Positions 40,841 through 51,553 are shown, counted from the first letter of the stretch. The stretch: 64,000 nucleotides of DNA from Paracoccaceae bacterium (GCA_965116235.1 OZ220496.1:2782693-2846692); one strand, 5' to 3'. The notes: generated from the sequence alone by a model not told the origin. Made by a program: numbers and translations.

Positions 40841-41504
40841 AATGAATTCAACTCACAGCCAGTGAGTTCCTGGGTGCCGAGACAAAACGAGTGCCGGCGT
40901 TCAACCAGGTTTCGTATAGAATTGCATCACTGCAACGAGTAGAGAGTCCGAAATGCAATTTCACCGTAGCGACGAATGCATATAAAACCGGGTCATTAGC
41001 GCCTGTATGAGCGCTTCGGCTGAGACATGTTTTCCTGAGCGCGACCATCGTGCTATGCAATCTGCCACAGCACCTCAATCGATCTTGGGGTATAGTGGCA
41101 CAAACTGCATGCAACAATTGATGTGCCGGCACATACGTACACTTTGCACTGCCACCGGGCTCAAGTTCATGATGCATCGGTCTTGCAGCACATCTCGACA
41201 CCGCAAACCCATGCAGGCCGTCACGGGAGATTATCGCTCTGCTACCAACCGGATCCAGGCCAAGATTATTCAGAAGGTTGCTATCCCGGACATCCTGCCA
41301 AAATCAACAAGAAGCGAATCTCCGTCGAGCATTGACGAGATCTGCTGAGTCATTGCTTCTGGCGAATTTCAGGCAGCTGTAGAAATTCGACGACAACTTT
41401 TCGGCAACGATCAGGCCCGTTGCTATTCGCCTCTTGTACCGATACATTCATGCAATAAGACAGAACATGGTTAATGACGCTACTGCCAAGACAATTTTTT
41501 CATC

Positions 41505-42431
41505 ATGAACAATACTGGAAATTGGGTTGGAGTGGATTGGGGTACAACCAATGTCAGATACTGGTTGCTGACCCATGACAACCAGCTCATCAATGACAAT
41601 TTCTCTTCAATGGGAATGAACTCCGTCCAGCCAAGCCAATACGAACAAATTCTCATTGATACGCTCCTGCAGTGGTTCTCCCTGGATGAACCGGTTGAAG
41701 TCATCGCGTGTGGAATGCTGGGCGCAGCCAATGGCTGGGTTGAAGTGCCTTATCAGCATACACCATGTGAACCCGTCTTGCCAGAGCGATTGCTCAAGGT
41801 AGAAACCCGACACACGGCACTGGATGTGCGCATAATTCCGGGAATTGCCAATTACAAACCCAACTTTGACGTCATGCGAGGCGAGGAGACACAGATTAGA
41901 GGCTTTTTGCATAAAGTCCCCGACTTTGAAGGCGTGTTGTGTTTGCCCGGCACCCACACGAAATGGGTCCATGTCAAGAATTCCCTGGTGGTCAGCTTTC
42001 AAACATTCTTGACGGGCGAACTGTTTGACCTCTTGAGCAAGCATTCGGTCCTGCGACACTCGGTTGACGCCGAATTGGAGAATGAAGAAGAATTCCAGAC
42101 GGCCGTCGATGAAACTCTGTCCCGGCCCGAACTTATGGCAAACAGGCTTTTCTCCGTACGAGCGAAGTCTCTGTTGGCCCAACAGGGAAAGGATGCAGCA
42201 ACATCAAGCCTGATCGGGACCCTCATGGGAACAGAGCTGGCCGGTTCAAAGCCATACTGGCTCGGACAGGAAGTCGCCATAATCGGATCAGGGAAATTGA
42301 CCAAACTGTATCAGAAGGGGTTGCAACTCACTGGTTTGGACCCCGAAGTGTTCGACTCCACCGAGTGCACCATCTTGGGCTTGGCCAAGACACGCGAAGA
42401 TGCAAATGAGAGTCAGTCACTCTCGCTGTAA
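41505..42431 (+). CDS. dgoK: 2-dehydro-3-deoxygalactonokinase
   Basis: WVGVDWGTTNVRYW, ACGMLGAANGW and MRGEETQIRGF are typical of the DgoK family. Confidence 0.85.
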   Translation: MNNTGNWVGVDWGTTNVRYWLLTHDNQLINDNFSSMGMNSVQPSQYEQILIDTLLQWFSLDEPVEVIACGMLGAANGWVEVPYQHTPCEPVLPERLLKVETRHTALDVRIIPGIANYKPNFDVMRGEETQIRGFLHKVPDFEGVLCLPGTHTKWVHVKNSLVVSFQTFLTGELFDLLSKHSVLRHSVDAELENEEEFQTAVDETLSRPELMANRLFSVRAKSLLAQQGKDAATSSLIGTLMGTELAGSKPYWLGQEVAIIGSGKLTKLYQKGLQLTGLDPEVFDSTECTILGLAKTREDANESQSLSL

Positions 42432-42970
42432 AAAACCGGCAAGTTGCCAAGTTGAGCCGAAGCCTTCAAGAGCTGTTCGACGTATTCGGTTTCAGAACGG
42501 CGGCACGCAATGTACCACAGAGATTCTTCAACGAGCCAGAAGGCCGCCGCAATCTGACCCAATCGGGTACGTCTGAACATGCCTTTCATAAATTTTTCTG
42601 GTGAGCAATCAATTGGTGTATTCTTGGCCAAAATGTCACGAATGTGATCTCCGGTCAACTCAATTACAGACCTTGAGTTACTGACTTCACAAATCAAAAC
42701 ACTTGCGTTCTGAAGCGACTTTTCCAGATCCAACACAAGGTGTTCAACATTCTCAGGTGGAGCAAAAATCAGCAACTCATCGGGAGACATCCATGCCATT
42801 GACAGTTCGTCGGCAGTAGTTATCTTGCAGCGGTCTGGCAACTGAAGGCCCACAGTAGCTTCAATTTGATCTCTGACAAACTTTGAATTCAGATCACCAC
42901 GAAACAGGATCATTCCTGCTTCCTCAAGCACCCTGAAGGCGAACAGAGCTGAGGCTGACGCTTTAGCCAT
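42413..42970 (-). CDS. soxG: sarcosine oxidase subunit gamma
   Basis: 185 aa ORF immediately after soxA, with its start overlapping the soxA stop by 8 nt. Position and size fit the gamma subunit. Confidence 0.8.
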   Translation of the reverse strand: MAKASASALFAFRVLEEAGMILFRGDLNSKFVRDQIEATVGLQLPDRCKITTADELSMAWMSPDELLIFAPPENVEHLVLDLEKSLQNASVLICEVSNSRSVIELTGDHIRDILAKNTPIDCSPEKFMKGMFRRTRLGQIAAAFWLVEESLWYIACRRSETEYVEQLLKASAQLGNLPVFYSESD

Positions 42971-45968
42971 CGATCTGGGTTCTTTCCGGATCGTAAGCCA
43001 CCGGATTCACGATCTTTGCTTTGGTCAACTTGCCATCACAGTTAAAATTGATGACCTCCCCCATTCGTTCGGTTCCATTCTCGACCAGTCCCAAGGCGAT
43101 CGGACGATTCAGAATCGGCGAGAAGTAACTGGAGGTAACCCTTCCCTCCATCTGGGGGTGACCATATTCGGACAATGTGTCACTTTGTGCGTAGACACCA
43201 TGAGGCAAAGGCTCCTTGTAGTTGAGCACTTCCAGGCCGACAAACTGCCATCTGTCGGATGCAGACAGGAACGTTCTTTGCTGCCCTCTCTTCCCGATAA
43301 AATCGGCCTTCTTTTTGGAGACGGCCCAATCGAGACCCAAATCTTGAGGTGTAACCGTCCCATCCGTTTCGTCCCCAATCATGATGAAGCCCTTCTCGGC
43401 GCGTAAAACGTGAAGGGCTTCCGTTCCGTAAGGCTCAATCGAAAATTCCTTGCCGGCCTCAAGCAATTGCTCCCACAAACTAAGGCCCTGGCTGGCCTTT
43501 ACTGCCACCTCGAAGGACAGTTCACCGGAAAATGAAATTCGAAATATCCTGACCTTAAATTCGCTCAAAATCCCCTCTTGCCAGTTCATGAACGGAAAAC
43601 TCTCACGGTCAAGGTCTGTACCTCCCACTTTTTCGAGAAGCTTTCGCGAATCTGGGCCTGCAATGCCGATCTGGACGTATTCTTCTGTCAAGTTGGCGAC
43701 GTAAACCTCCCAATCCCACCACTCGCACTGAAGCCATTCTTCCATCCAGGCGTGTATGCTGTCAGCACCTCCCGTGGTCGTATGACACAAGAAGGTATCG
43801 TTGGTCAGACAAGCCACGACACCATCATCCATCAAGAATCCGTTTTCGTCACACATCAAGCCATACCGGCATTTGCCAGGCTTCAGATTGCTCATCACGT
43901 TGGTGTATACCATGTCGAGAAAGCGTCCGGCATCCTTGCCCCGAACCAGCAATTTGCCGAGGGTCGAGGCGTCAATGATGCCGACCGAAGTTCGGACTCT
44001 CAGTGCTTCACGCTGGACCGCATTTTCAGTTTTTTCTCCTTCTTTCTGATAGCAGTAGGGACGACGCCAGTCAGCGACAGGCTCCCAGTAGGCACCATGG
44101 GCTTCATGCCAAGAATCCAGAGGAGTCTTGCGTGTGGGTTTGAACAGGTCACCAGTTGCCTCCCCAGCGACCGAGCCAAAAACGATGGGCGAATATGGCG
44201 GACGAAACGTCGTGGTACCGACTTGTGGAATCGGCACGCCCAAGTGTCCAGCAACAAGAGCCAAGCCATTGACGTTTGAGGTTTTTCCCTGATCGGTTGC
44301 CATTCCTAGCGTCGTATAACGTTTGGTGTGTTCAATACTCTCGAACCCCTCCTGAATGGCCAACTCGACGTCCGAGACCTTAACATCGTTCTGGAAATCA
44401 ACCCATGACTTCCGCCTTTCGGACTTTGGCATGCCCTCCGGCACTAGCCATGCAGGCTTGATCGGTCCTGCAACCTCATCTCCATCAAGAGCTAAGGCCG
44501 CAATGTCAAAATTGCCAACCTTGGCGATTTTGCCAACCGCCTCGACGGTTTGCTTTTGGATTGCATGGTTCAGAAGATGCCCATTTGCCGAGCCAATCGG
44601 AAAAATCCTCTGCTCGCCCTCGGCATTGATCGGTGGGTTGTTCCAGTCGGGAACAAACATTGAATTCTCTTCGTCCCAGTTGAGCTTGCCCTGACAGTGA
44701 GACCAAATATGGACCGCTGGCGACCATCCGCCTGACATGGCAACTGCTTCACACTCAATACTGCCGAGAGATTTTCCTTCACCAACCTGCGAGCAGATGT
44801 CCACTCCTTTCACCGACCCTTGCCCCCTGACCTTGCCGATGCCCCGACAGGCGACGATTTTAACACCCCGCTTTCGGACAAGTTCTGGCAAAGAGCCCTT
44901 GATCTCATTTCGAGCATCCAGAACAATTGGTACCGACAAGCCGGAGTCAACAAGCTTCAATGCTGTCCTGTAACCATCATCGTTGTTGGTGATGACGACC
45001 GTACGGTCACCAGGAGTGACGGCGAACCTGTTGACATAGTCACGCACTGCGGAAGCCAGGCATACTCCCGGAATGTCGTTCCCAGCGAAACAGAGCGGTC
45101 TTTCGATGGCACCAGTGGCCATGAGAACTTTGGCCGCTCTTATCTTCCAAAGCCTCTTGGACAGAGCATTTGAGGGGTCACGGGCATATGAAAGAGTCTG
45201 TTCTGCAATATAGAAGTCATGATCAAAGGCCCCGACGAGGGTTGTTCGGGTTCTGATTCTTACGGTTCCGGAACTGGACAGATCATCAACCAGCTTCTGG
45301 ACCAGACCTGGCGAGTCTGAAGCATCAGGCTGTTCATGATCCAAGGCATACCGACCTCCAAGAAACGGCGTCTGCTCAACCAGCAGAATTTGCAACCCGG
45401 TAGTCGAGAGCATTTTAGCCGCCAACAGACCGGCAATACCACCTCCGACAATCAGGACGTCGACATGAACGTAAAAATGTTCATAAATGTCCGAATCTCG
45501 TGCTTTCGAAACCTGACCCAAACCTGCTGATTGCCGGATGGCCGGCTCATAAAGAACCTCCCAGCCCTTTTTGGGTGCGATAAAGGTCTTGTAGTAGAAA
45601 CCGGCCGGAATAAAATTGGAAACAAGATTGGATACACTGCCCAAATCCATCTCCAGACTGGGCCAATGATTTTGGCTCTGAACGACCATTCCATCCCTGA
45701 GTTCAATCATTGTGCCGACTTGGTTGGGTCTATGGCTCTTGCCATCGCCAATCATGAACAGGGCATTCGGCTCTTCAGGACCACAAGCCAAGAGACCACG
45801 TGGACGATGATACTTGAAACTTCGGCCAACCAGTTGTTGTCCATTTGCCAGCAGAGCCGACGCTACGGTATCACCCTCGAACCCCTTGCAAACCTTTCCA
45901 TTGAACCTGAAGGTCAAAGGTTTTGATCGGTTTATGTGCCGGCCACCTGACGAAAGTCGAACGCTCAT
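42963..45968 (-). CDS. soxA: sarcosine oxidase subunit alpha
   Basis: 1001 aa with an N-terminal 2Fe-2S-like/NAD region (VLIVGGGIAGLLAA) and a C-terminal aminomethyltransferase-fold domain. Confidence 0.95.
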   Translation of the reverse strand: MSVRLSSGGRHINRSKPLTFRFNGKVCKGFEGDTVASALLANGQQLVGRSFKYHRPRGLLACGPEEPNALFMIGDGKSHRPNQVGTMIELRDGMVVQSQNHWPSLEMDLGSVSNLVSNFIPAGFYYKTFIAPKKGWEVLYEPAIRQSAGLGQVSKARDSDIYEHFYVHVDVLIVGGGIAGLLAAKMLSTTGLQILLVEQTPFLGGRYALDHEQPDASDSPGLVQKLVDDLSSSGTVRIRTRTTLVGAFDHDFYIAEQTLSYARDPSNALSKRLWKIRAAKVLMATGAIERPLCFAGNDIPGVCLASAVRDYVNRFAVTPGDRTVVITNNDDGYRTALKLVDSGLSVPIVLDARNEIKGSLPELVRKRGVKIVACRGIGKVRGQGSVKGVDICSQVGEGKSLGSIECEAVAMSGGWSPAVHIWSHCQGKLNWDEENSMFVPDWNNPPINAEGEQRIFPIGSANGHLLNHAIQKQTVEAVGKIAKVGNFDIAALALDGDEVAGPIKPAWLVPEGMPKSERRKSWVDFQNDVKVSDVELAIQEGFESIEHTKRYTTLGMATDQGKTSNVNGLALVAGHLGVPIPQVGTTTFRPPYSPIVFGSVAGEATGDLFKPTRKTPLDSWHEAHGAYWEPVADWRRPYCYQKEGEKTENAVQREALRVRTSVGIIDASTLGKLLVRGKDAGRFLDMVYTNVMSNLKPGKCRYGLMCDENGFLMDDGVVACLTNDTFLCHTTTGGADSIHAWMEEWLQCEWWDWEVYVANLTEEYVQIGIAGPDSRKLLEKVGGTDLDRESFPFMNWQEGILSEFKVRIFRISFSGELSFEVAVKASQGLSLWEQLLEAGKEFSIEPYGTEALHVLRAEKGFIMIGDETDGTVTPQDLGLDWAVSKKKADFIGKRGQQRTFLSASDRWQFVGLEVLNYKEPLPHGVYAQSDTLSEYGHPQMEGRVTSSYFSPILNRPIALGLVENGTERMGEVINFNCDGKLTKAKIVNPVAYDPERTQIDG

Positions 45969-46026
45969 CGGTCCATGTCCAAATTGGGCAATGCTTCTGC
46001 GATCAGGTTTTGAATCATTCGGTCAC

Positions 46027-46344
46027 CTACAACTCAAAATCCTGTCTTCGACTTCGAATGGCCTGAATTATCTGGGCCGGCGGCTTTACGGTCTGGGCCA
46101 GGTATGTACCAAAAACCTCGATCGTGTTTGTACACCGGGCAACGTGAAACCACTTGCCGCATCCCATTGCATGCCTCCATCGCTCGAACAGGACACCCTT
46201 GGGATTTTCTCGCAAAAACAGATACTTTTCAAAATCGTCATCAGTGGATTCGGGCCCCATGCGAACAAGATGGGCTTCCCCATAATAGCTCAGCTCGGTT
46301 TCATCGGCTTCAACCCCGCAGTACGGACATTTCAGTTTCAGCAC
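46027..46344 (-). CDS. soxD: sarcosine oxidase subunit delta
   Basis: 105 aa, LKLKCPYCG...E..Y..E, the zinc-ribbon-type SoxD N-terminus. GTG start with an AAGGAGG SD. Confidence 0.9.
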   Translation of the reverse strand: MLKLKCPYCGVEADETELSYYGEAHLVRMGPESTDDDFEKYLFLRENPKGVLFERWRHAMGCGKWFHVARCTNTIEVFGTYLAQTVKPPAQIIQAIRSRRQDFEL

Positions 46345-46390
46345 GACATCCCCTCCTTTTCAAACTTCGACTTCTCTTGTCGCCCGACGT

Positions 46391-47638
46391 TCAGTGTGCC
46401 ACTCCTGCAGCAACACTTTCATCAATGAAGCGACCTTCCTTGAATCGGTCAAGTGTAAATGCCGCTGCCAACGGTCCGGGTTCACCCTTGGCAAGCAAGT
46501 CGGCCATTGCCCAGCCTGAACCTGGTATGGACTTGAAGCCACCCGTACCCCAGCCGCAATTGATAAAGAGATTGCGGATCGGAGTTTTCGAAATGATCGG
46601 GGACCGGTCTCCGGTCATGTCAACAATGCCTCCCCATTGTCGCAGTATTTTCAATCGTGAGAAAACGGGGAACAATTCAACGAGTGCGCGGACAGTATTT
46701 TCAATATGGACAAAGGAACCGCGCTGTGTGTAGTTATTATAGCTGTCAGCACCGCCTCCAACAACAAGTTCACCCTTGTCCGACTGACTGACATAGCCGT
46801 GGACCGTGTTCGCCATGACGACAATGTCCAGACATGGCTTTATAGGTTCTGACACCAAAGCTTGCAGTGCAACGGATTCAATGGGCAAGCGAAAACCGGC
46901 CATCTCAGCCAGCAAACTTGAGTACCCGGCTACGACCATGCCAACCTTTCCAGCCATAATCGCTCCCCTGTTGGTTTGCAGGGCAATGTCCCCGTTCGCC
47001 GCAGGATCAATTCCTGTTACCTCACACTGCTGGATGATATCCATGCCCATGTCAGAACATGCCCTGGCATATCCCCACGCGACCGCATCATGTCTGGCGG
47101 TTCCTCCTCGGGGTTGCCACAAGGCTCCTAGGATCGGATAGCGCGGACCTTCGATATTGATAATGTTGCAGAGTTCGCGCACTCGCTGGGGAGTGATATA
47201 TTCTGTTTTGACTCCCTGAATGATGTTGGCATTGTTGATCCGTTGGAATCCCCTAGCCTCATGGTGGGTTTGCGCAAGGCTCATGACACCCCGCGGGCTG
47301 AACATGATGTTGTAGTTCAAATCCTGGCTTAGGGTTTCGTAGAGAGATCGGGACTTCTCGTATATCGCTGCCGATGAGTCCTGAAGATAATTGGATCGAA
47401 TGATGGTCGTGTTTCGTCCGGTATTGCCACCCCCAAGCCATCCCTTCTCGACAATGGCAATATTCTTGATGTCATGATTTTTTCCAAGGTAATAGGCCGA
47501 AGCCAGCCCGTGGCCTCCAGCACCGACAATGACAACATCATATCGTTTCTTCAGTTCTGGCGACCGCCACGCTCGCTCCCAGCCCTGATGATAGTTCAGC
47601 GCCTCTTTCACCAATCCAAATGCGGAGTATCTTTTCAT
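46391..47638 (-). CDS. soxB: sarcosine oxidase subunit beta
   Basis: MKRYSAFGL..., VVIVGAGGHGLASA FAD fold, and a C-terminal GWGTGGFK. The ATG at 47638 is preferred over the TTG at 47653. Confidence 0.95.
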   Translation of the reverse strand: MKRYSAFGLVKEALNYHQGWERAWRSPELKKRYDVVIVGAGGHGLASAYYLGKNHDIKNIAIVEKGWLGGGNTGRNTTIIRSNYLQDSSAAIYEKSRSLYETLSQDLNYNIMFSPRGVMSLAQTHHEARGFQRINNANIIQGVKTEYITPQRVRELCNIINIEGPRYPILGALWQPRGGTARHDAVAWGYARACSDMGMDIIQQCEVTGIDPAANGDIALQTNRGAIMAGKVGMVVAGYSSLLAEMAGFRLPIESVALQALVSEPIKPCLDIVVMANTVHGYVSQSDKGELVVGGGADSYNNYTQRGSFVHIENTVRALVELFPVFSRLKILRQWGGIVDMTGDRSPIISKTPIRNLFINCGWGTGGFKSIPGSGWAMADLLAKGEPGPLAAAFTLDRFKEGRFIDESVAAGVAH

Positions 47639-47889
47639 CCTAACGTCATGCAACTTCTACCCGCCTCACAGCCCCGTACATGTAATGGAATTTCTGCGTA
47701 TTGTTAGAATGGTGCCGAGATATAAGCCTCGGCTTCCGAACCGATTTAAGCTTTTGTGATTGATCACAACCCATCACACGGGTCGATTTGAAAAGGTTTG
47801 ATCTTCATTTTTCTGCACACACTATCCATACACAGACAATTCCTCGTCAACAAGCACCAACACGGTCGTTTGCAATCATACGTGTGTTC

Positions 47890-48428
47890 ATGCGTATCGC
47901 GACCATGCCGGATCATGACTCCCGGCCCACCATCAAGCAGCGAAAATCCGTTTGGGACAAAGATGCCCGGCAATTCCGCAAATCGCCTCTTGTCAATCGC
48001 AACCCGCCACCGAGCGTCATCACCAACCTGAAAGCCGGCCGGCAAGGTCCGCTGCCTTGCGCTTGGAAGCCATCATTGCCCGGTTCGGCCGCATACCGGT
48101 TTGACGTTTTGCCGATCGGTTGCCGTGTCGTGCCATGTTGACCGAATACAACCCCGCCAGCGGCTGGGAGCATTGTAGCTGCGGCCATGGCGAAGACACC
48201 CACCCCTGCGGGAGCGTGTGTCCGCCTCCGGACTTCGGCGACCTCAGGGATATCCGGCAACGGCGGTACAGCGCTGTCACTTTTTGCCGTCATCCCAGCC
48301 CGGCACATGACCCCATCCACCAACACGACCCAACAGGGCCACACATGGCGGGATGCGGGAATGCCGAAAAAGGCTCAACCCTTAGTGCAGTCGTGATCAC
48401 TCGTGCGCCGTCCGAGGCTTTCCCCTGA
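47890..48428 (+). pseudogene. second copy of the Cys-rich arm ORF, split by a 1-nt deletion
   Basis: Homologous to 33235-33786 throughout, but CAAGGTGCCGTTGCC in the left copy is CAAGGTCCGCTGCC here (about 48046-48060). The frame therefore shifts and ends at 48141, and homology resumes in the track ORF 48120-48428. Confidence 0.45.
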
Positions 48429-48458
48429 GTAAGCCACAACACATCGTTGAAGCCGGGG

Positions 48459-48476
48459 TGTCGCAGGCATGCGACA
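48459..48476. promoter_or_regulatory. imperfect copy of the arm palindrome (TGTCGCAGGCATGCGACA)
   Basis: Same position relative to the promoter as in the left arm, with one mismatch from perfect dyad symmetry. Confidence 0.25.
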
Positions 48477-48512
48477 GTTTGGAGAAAAATGAACCGGAGC
48501 GTCACAAAAGGG

Positions 48513-48540
48513 TTGCAAATCTTGGGGGGGGGCATTTAAT
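48513..48540 (+). promoter_or_regulatory. putative sigma70-type promoter of the right autotransporter, with a G9 tract in the spacer
   Basis: TTGCAA-ATCTT-G9-CA-TTTAAT, a 16 nt spacer. The tract is 48524-48532. AGGAG lies 5 nt before the ATG at 48586. Confidence 0.45.
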
Positions 48541-48585
48541 GTCAACGAGTTCTATTTTCTATTTTTGGATAGCAAGACAGGAGTA

Positions 48586-51521
48586 ATGATGATGAAATTG
48601 ACTTCACTTTGGGGCCGACGCGGCCATCCGGCCCCTGCCTGTGAACGCGTCGGGGGGGGGTAGATGACCTTGCGACCCGCCCCCGCGTCGGGTCGGCATT
48701 CAGGCTTGCGACGATTGGAGCGCTGCTTGTCGGGCTCGGGATGCTTGTCGCCTCGCCGCATCCCTCAGCGGCCCAAGGCACCTGCTCCGTAAGTGACGGG
48801 ACGAATTCGGAAACGGTTCCGGATGGCAATCCGCCGGAGGTTACCAAGACCGGCCAGTACGACGAGCAACTTGATTGCAAGGGACTCGCCAACGGCCTGA
48901 AGCTGACGCTGGATGACTTCAAGGTCGGCACAAGCGACGACCCAGCTGATGAAAGAGGTCTTATCGTTAACGCGGATGGTGCCGAAGGCGACGATGTCAC
49001 GGTCATGGGCAAAGTAGTCATCCATTCCGATAAGTCCGGCATAAACCTGTCACGGGACGGGACGGGATTGCTCAAGTTGCAGTTGGATCCGGAAAGCGAA
49101 ATCAATATCGCGTTGTCCGATGATGATGATGCGCGCATGAGAGGGAACAGTGGCATTTTTCTCGAGCACTCGGGGGAAGCCGATACGGCTCTTGATGGCG
49201 GCATCCACCTCGTGTCGAGTGCCAAGATTGACGTGTCGAAGTCGCTGTACGTCGGCAAGGCAGGCATCGCTGTTAGGACCGGGGAAACAGAATCGGACAC
49301 AGCCGAGGGCACGACGATACCGATCACGATCCATCTCAAGGGCGGTTTCATTCGTGCGGAGGACACTGACAGTAAGAAACAGTCGGGAAATGGCATCAGA
49401 GTCATTCAGTACGCCAAGGGCAAAGTCGACATCACGGTGGACCCGGGGGTGATGATCGGCATGGAAGGCAAATCCATCGGCCGGGCTGGCATTGATGCTA
49501 CGATTTTTCCCAAGGGCGACGGCAACCTCGTGATCAAGCACTCAGGGCATATATACGCCGACGAGTATGGAATATATGCATCCTTAGCAGATCCTGGCGA
49601 CACGCCAGCCGGGGGCGACATCACGATTGAGACGGGAGCGGACAGCGTGATTGACACAAGCGGGTATGGGATTGCGGCTTACCTTGAAGAAGACCGCACC
49701 GGGACCATCAAGATCAACCACTATGGCAAGATCAAGGCGGGTGCCCAAGCGGGTATTCATGCGCAAGGTGACAAGGCCATATCGATCACGATGGAGGCGG
49801 GCAGCCGCATCACGGCGACGGAGATTGGCCTTCGTGCCCTCGCTTACCTTGGCGCCACGGCCACGGTCGAGACCAAGGAAGGCAGCGTGATCACGGCGGA
49901 CCATCATGGCGTTCAGGTTGACCAAAGAAGCCCGAAGCAAGGAGACCCGGCCATAACAAAGTTTACTGTCACCATCCGCGGCACGGTCATGGGTGGTGCC
50001 ACCGAATACGCCGGTGTGCACATCTTTAAGAGGGATCTGCCGCCGGATGGAACTCAGGGAGATTCTGGGTATTGGGCAGGAGATCCGACGCCGAGCGGAG
50101 TGGGCGGCACGATCGTGATCGGTCCCCGGGCGCATGTGAGCAGTTTCCATGCCCAGCCCGATACTGAATCCGCGAAGAAGGTGGCCATCAAGGTGGATGC
50201 CGGTGCGAGCACCGCCACCGCTCCGGTGACCATCATCCTGGAAAAGGACGAGGCGGGTGTTGTGGGTCATGTTGAAGGCCAGATCCTGAACCTCGCGGCG
50301 ACAGGAAACAGCAAGGGAAAAACGGACGAACCACCCCGCTCGACACTCGAGTTCAAGGTGTCGGGAAGTAAGACGGCTCTGGAACCGGGTGCCCCCGATG
50401 CGATCATTTATCGTCGTGGCCAACGGATGGGCGTATATGAACAGGTGTTCAAGGCTAAGCTCGAGGAGCTTGACGATGATAAGGGTTACCAGTTCAAGGA
50501 TGTTGCGTCGGCTCCGGTCTTGCGTCTGTACAGCCATCGGGCGCGTCTGTATGAGGTGGTGCCGTCGGTGCTTCTGGGTCTGGTGGAGCTGACGCCCTAC
50601 AGCACGCGCATGGCCATGCCCCGCCGGAGCACCGGCAACGAGGAGGTCATGGTCGAGAGCAGCAAGGGGGAGCATGTGGCGGTGCCGGGTGCCCGCACGG
50701 GTGTCTGGGTGCGTCTGGCGGTTCGCGATGGGGAACGGATGGCCGATACATCGACGACCGCAACGGACTTCTGGCGTCAGTCTCTGGCGTGGGATGTGAA
50801 GCAGACCGGCTTTGAGGCGGGTCTGGAGGTGCCGACCGATGAGCGTCTGGTGCTGGGCGTGAGTGCCCACTACCGGCAGAGCGAGGCCACCGTCAGGAAT
50901 GGTGGCACCATGGAAGCGAGCGGCACCGGTGTGGGCGTGTCCCTGACCTGGACGGACGACAGCGGGCTGTATGTGGACGGCCAGTTGAGCTACACCCGGT
51001 TCTTTGATATCACGATGGTGTCGGCCAACGGTGCGGTTGGTGCGATCACCTCCACGGGTGGCGGCACCGGTCTGGCGTTCGGTGTGGAAGTCGGCCAGCC
51101 GATGAGCATGGGGGGCATGACCGTGATTCCGCGTGGGGGTCTGTCCTGGTCATCGGTGGACATGGATGCCTTTGACGAACCGGCCAGGATCGATGGAGCC
51201 GGCCGGGTTGCTCCGGACAAGGAGCAGAGCGTTCAGGGTCGTGTGGGCGTGCTGGCTGAGCTGGGTTCCGGGGAGGCGGACGGTCGGCTGTATGCATCGC
51301 TGGATCTGGAGCATGAGTTCTCGTCCAAGCGTGCGGTGATGGTAGCCGGCACCCGGCTGACGACCGAGGTGAAGCCGACCTGGGTGCGTCTGGGCGTCGG
51401 CGGGGCGATGTCTCTGGGCGGCCACGACACGACGCTACTGACGGGGGATGCCTTTTATGCGACGGCGGGGAGCGACAACACCGACTTTGGGGGTGGCGTG
51501 TCCCTGACCTTCCGCTTCTGA
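48586..51521 (+). CDS. autotransporter outer membrane protein, paralog of 29809-33081; frame broken at a G9 tract (phase-OFF as sequenced)
   Basis: ATG ATG ATG AAA... (MMMKLTSLWGRRGHPAPACERVGGG) hits TAG at 48661. With one more G the frame runs GGGVDDLATRPRVGSAFRLATIGALLVGLGMLVASPHPSAAQG into the 926 aa track ORF (48741-51521). That continuation aligns with the left copy (RGGVDDLSVGSLRGPGFGPSTIGALFVGLGMLLAV). The protein ends GGGVSLTFRF. Confidence 0.8.
48652..48660 (+). repeat. G9 homopolymer in the 5' coding region of the right autotransporter
   Basis: Read directly: GTC GGG GGG GGG TAG. The main ORF is in the frame reached with G10 (or G7/G13). Confidence 0.9.
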
Positions 51522-51553
51522 TCGGGAGACGGAAGGCCGTCGGGTTGCGTAGC

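Noticed and set aside
49584-50870. 428 aa ORF on the minus strand inside the right autotransporter. Similar long antisense or off-frame ORFs occur in both arms, for example 30451-31221, 48542-49405 and 32008-32556.
   Set aside because: They are Arg/His/Pro-rich and low-complexity, and lie entirely within a much longer ORF that has clear autotransporter features. They are typical shadow ORFs of GC-rich DNA.
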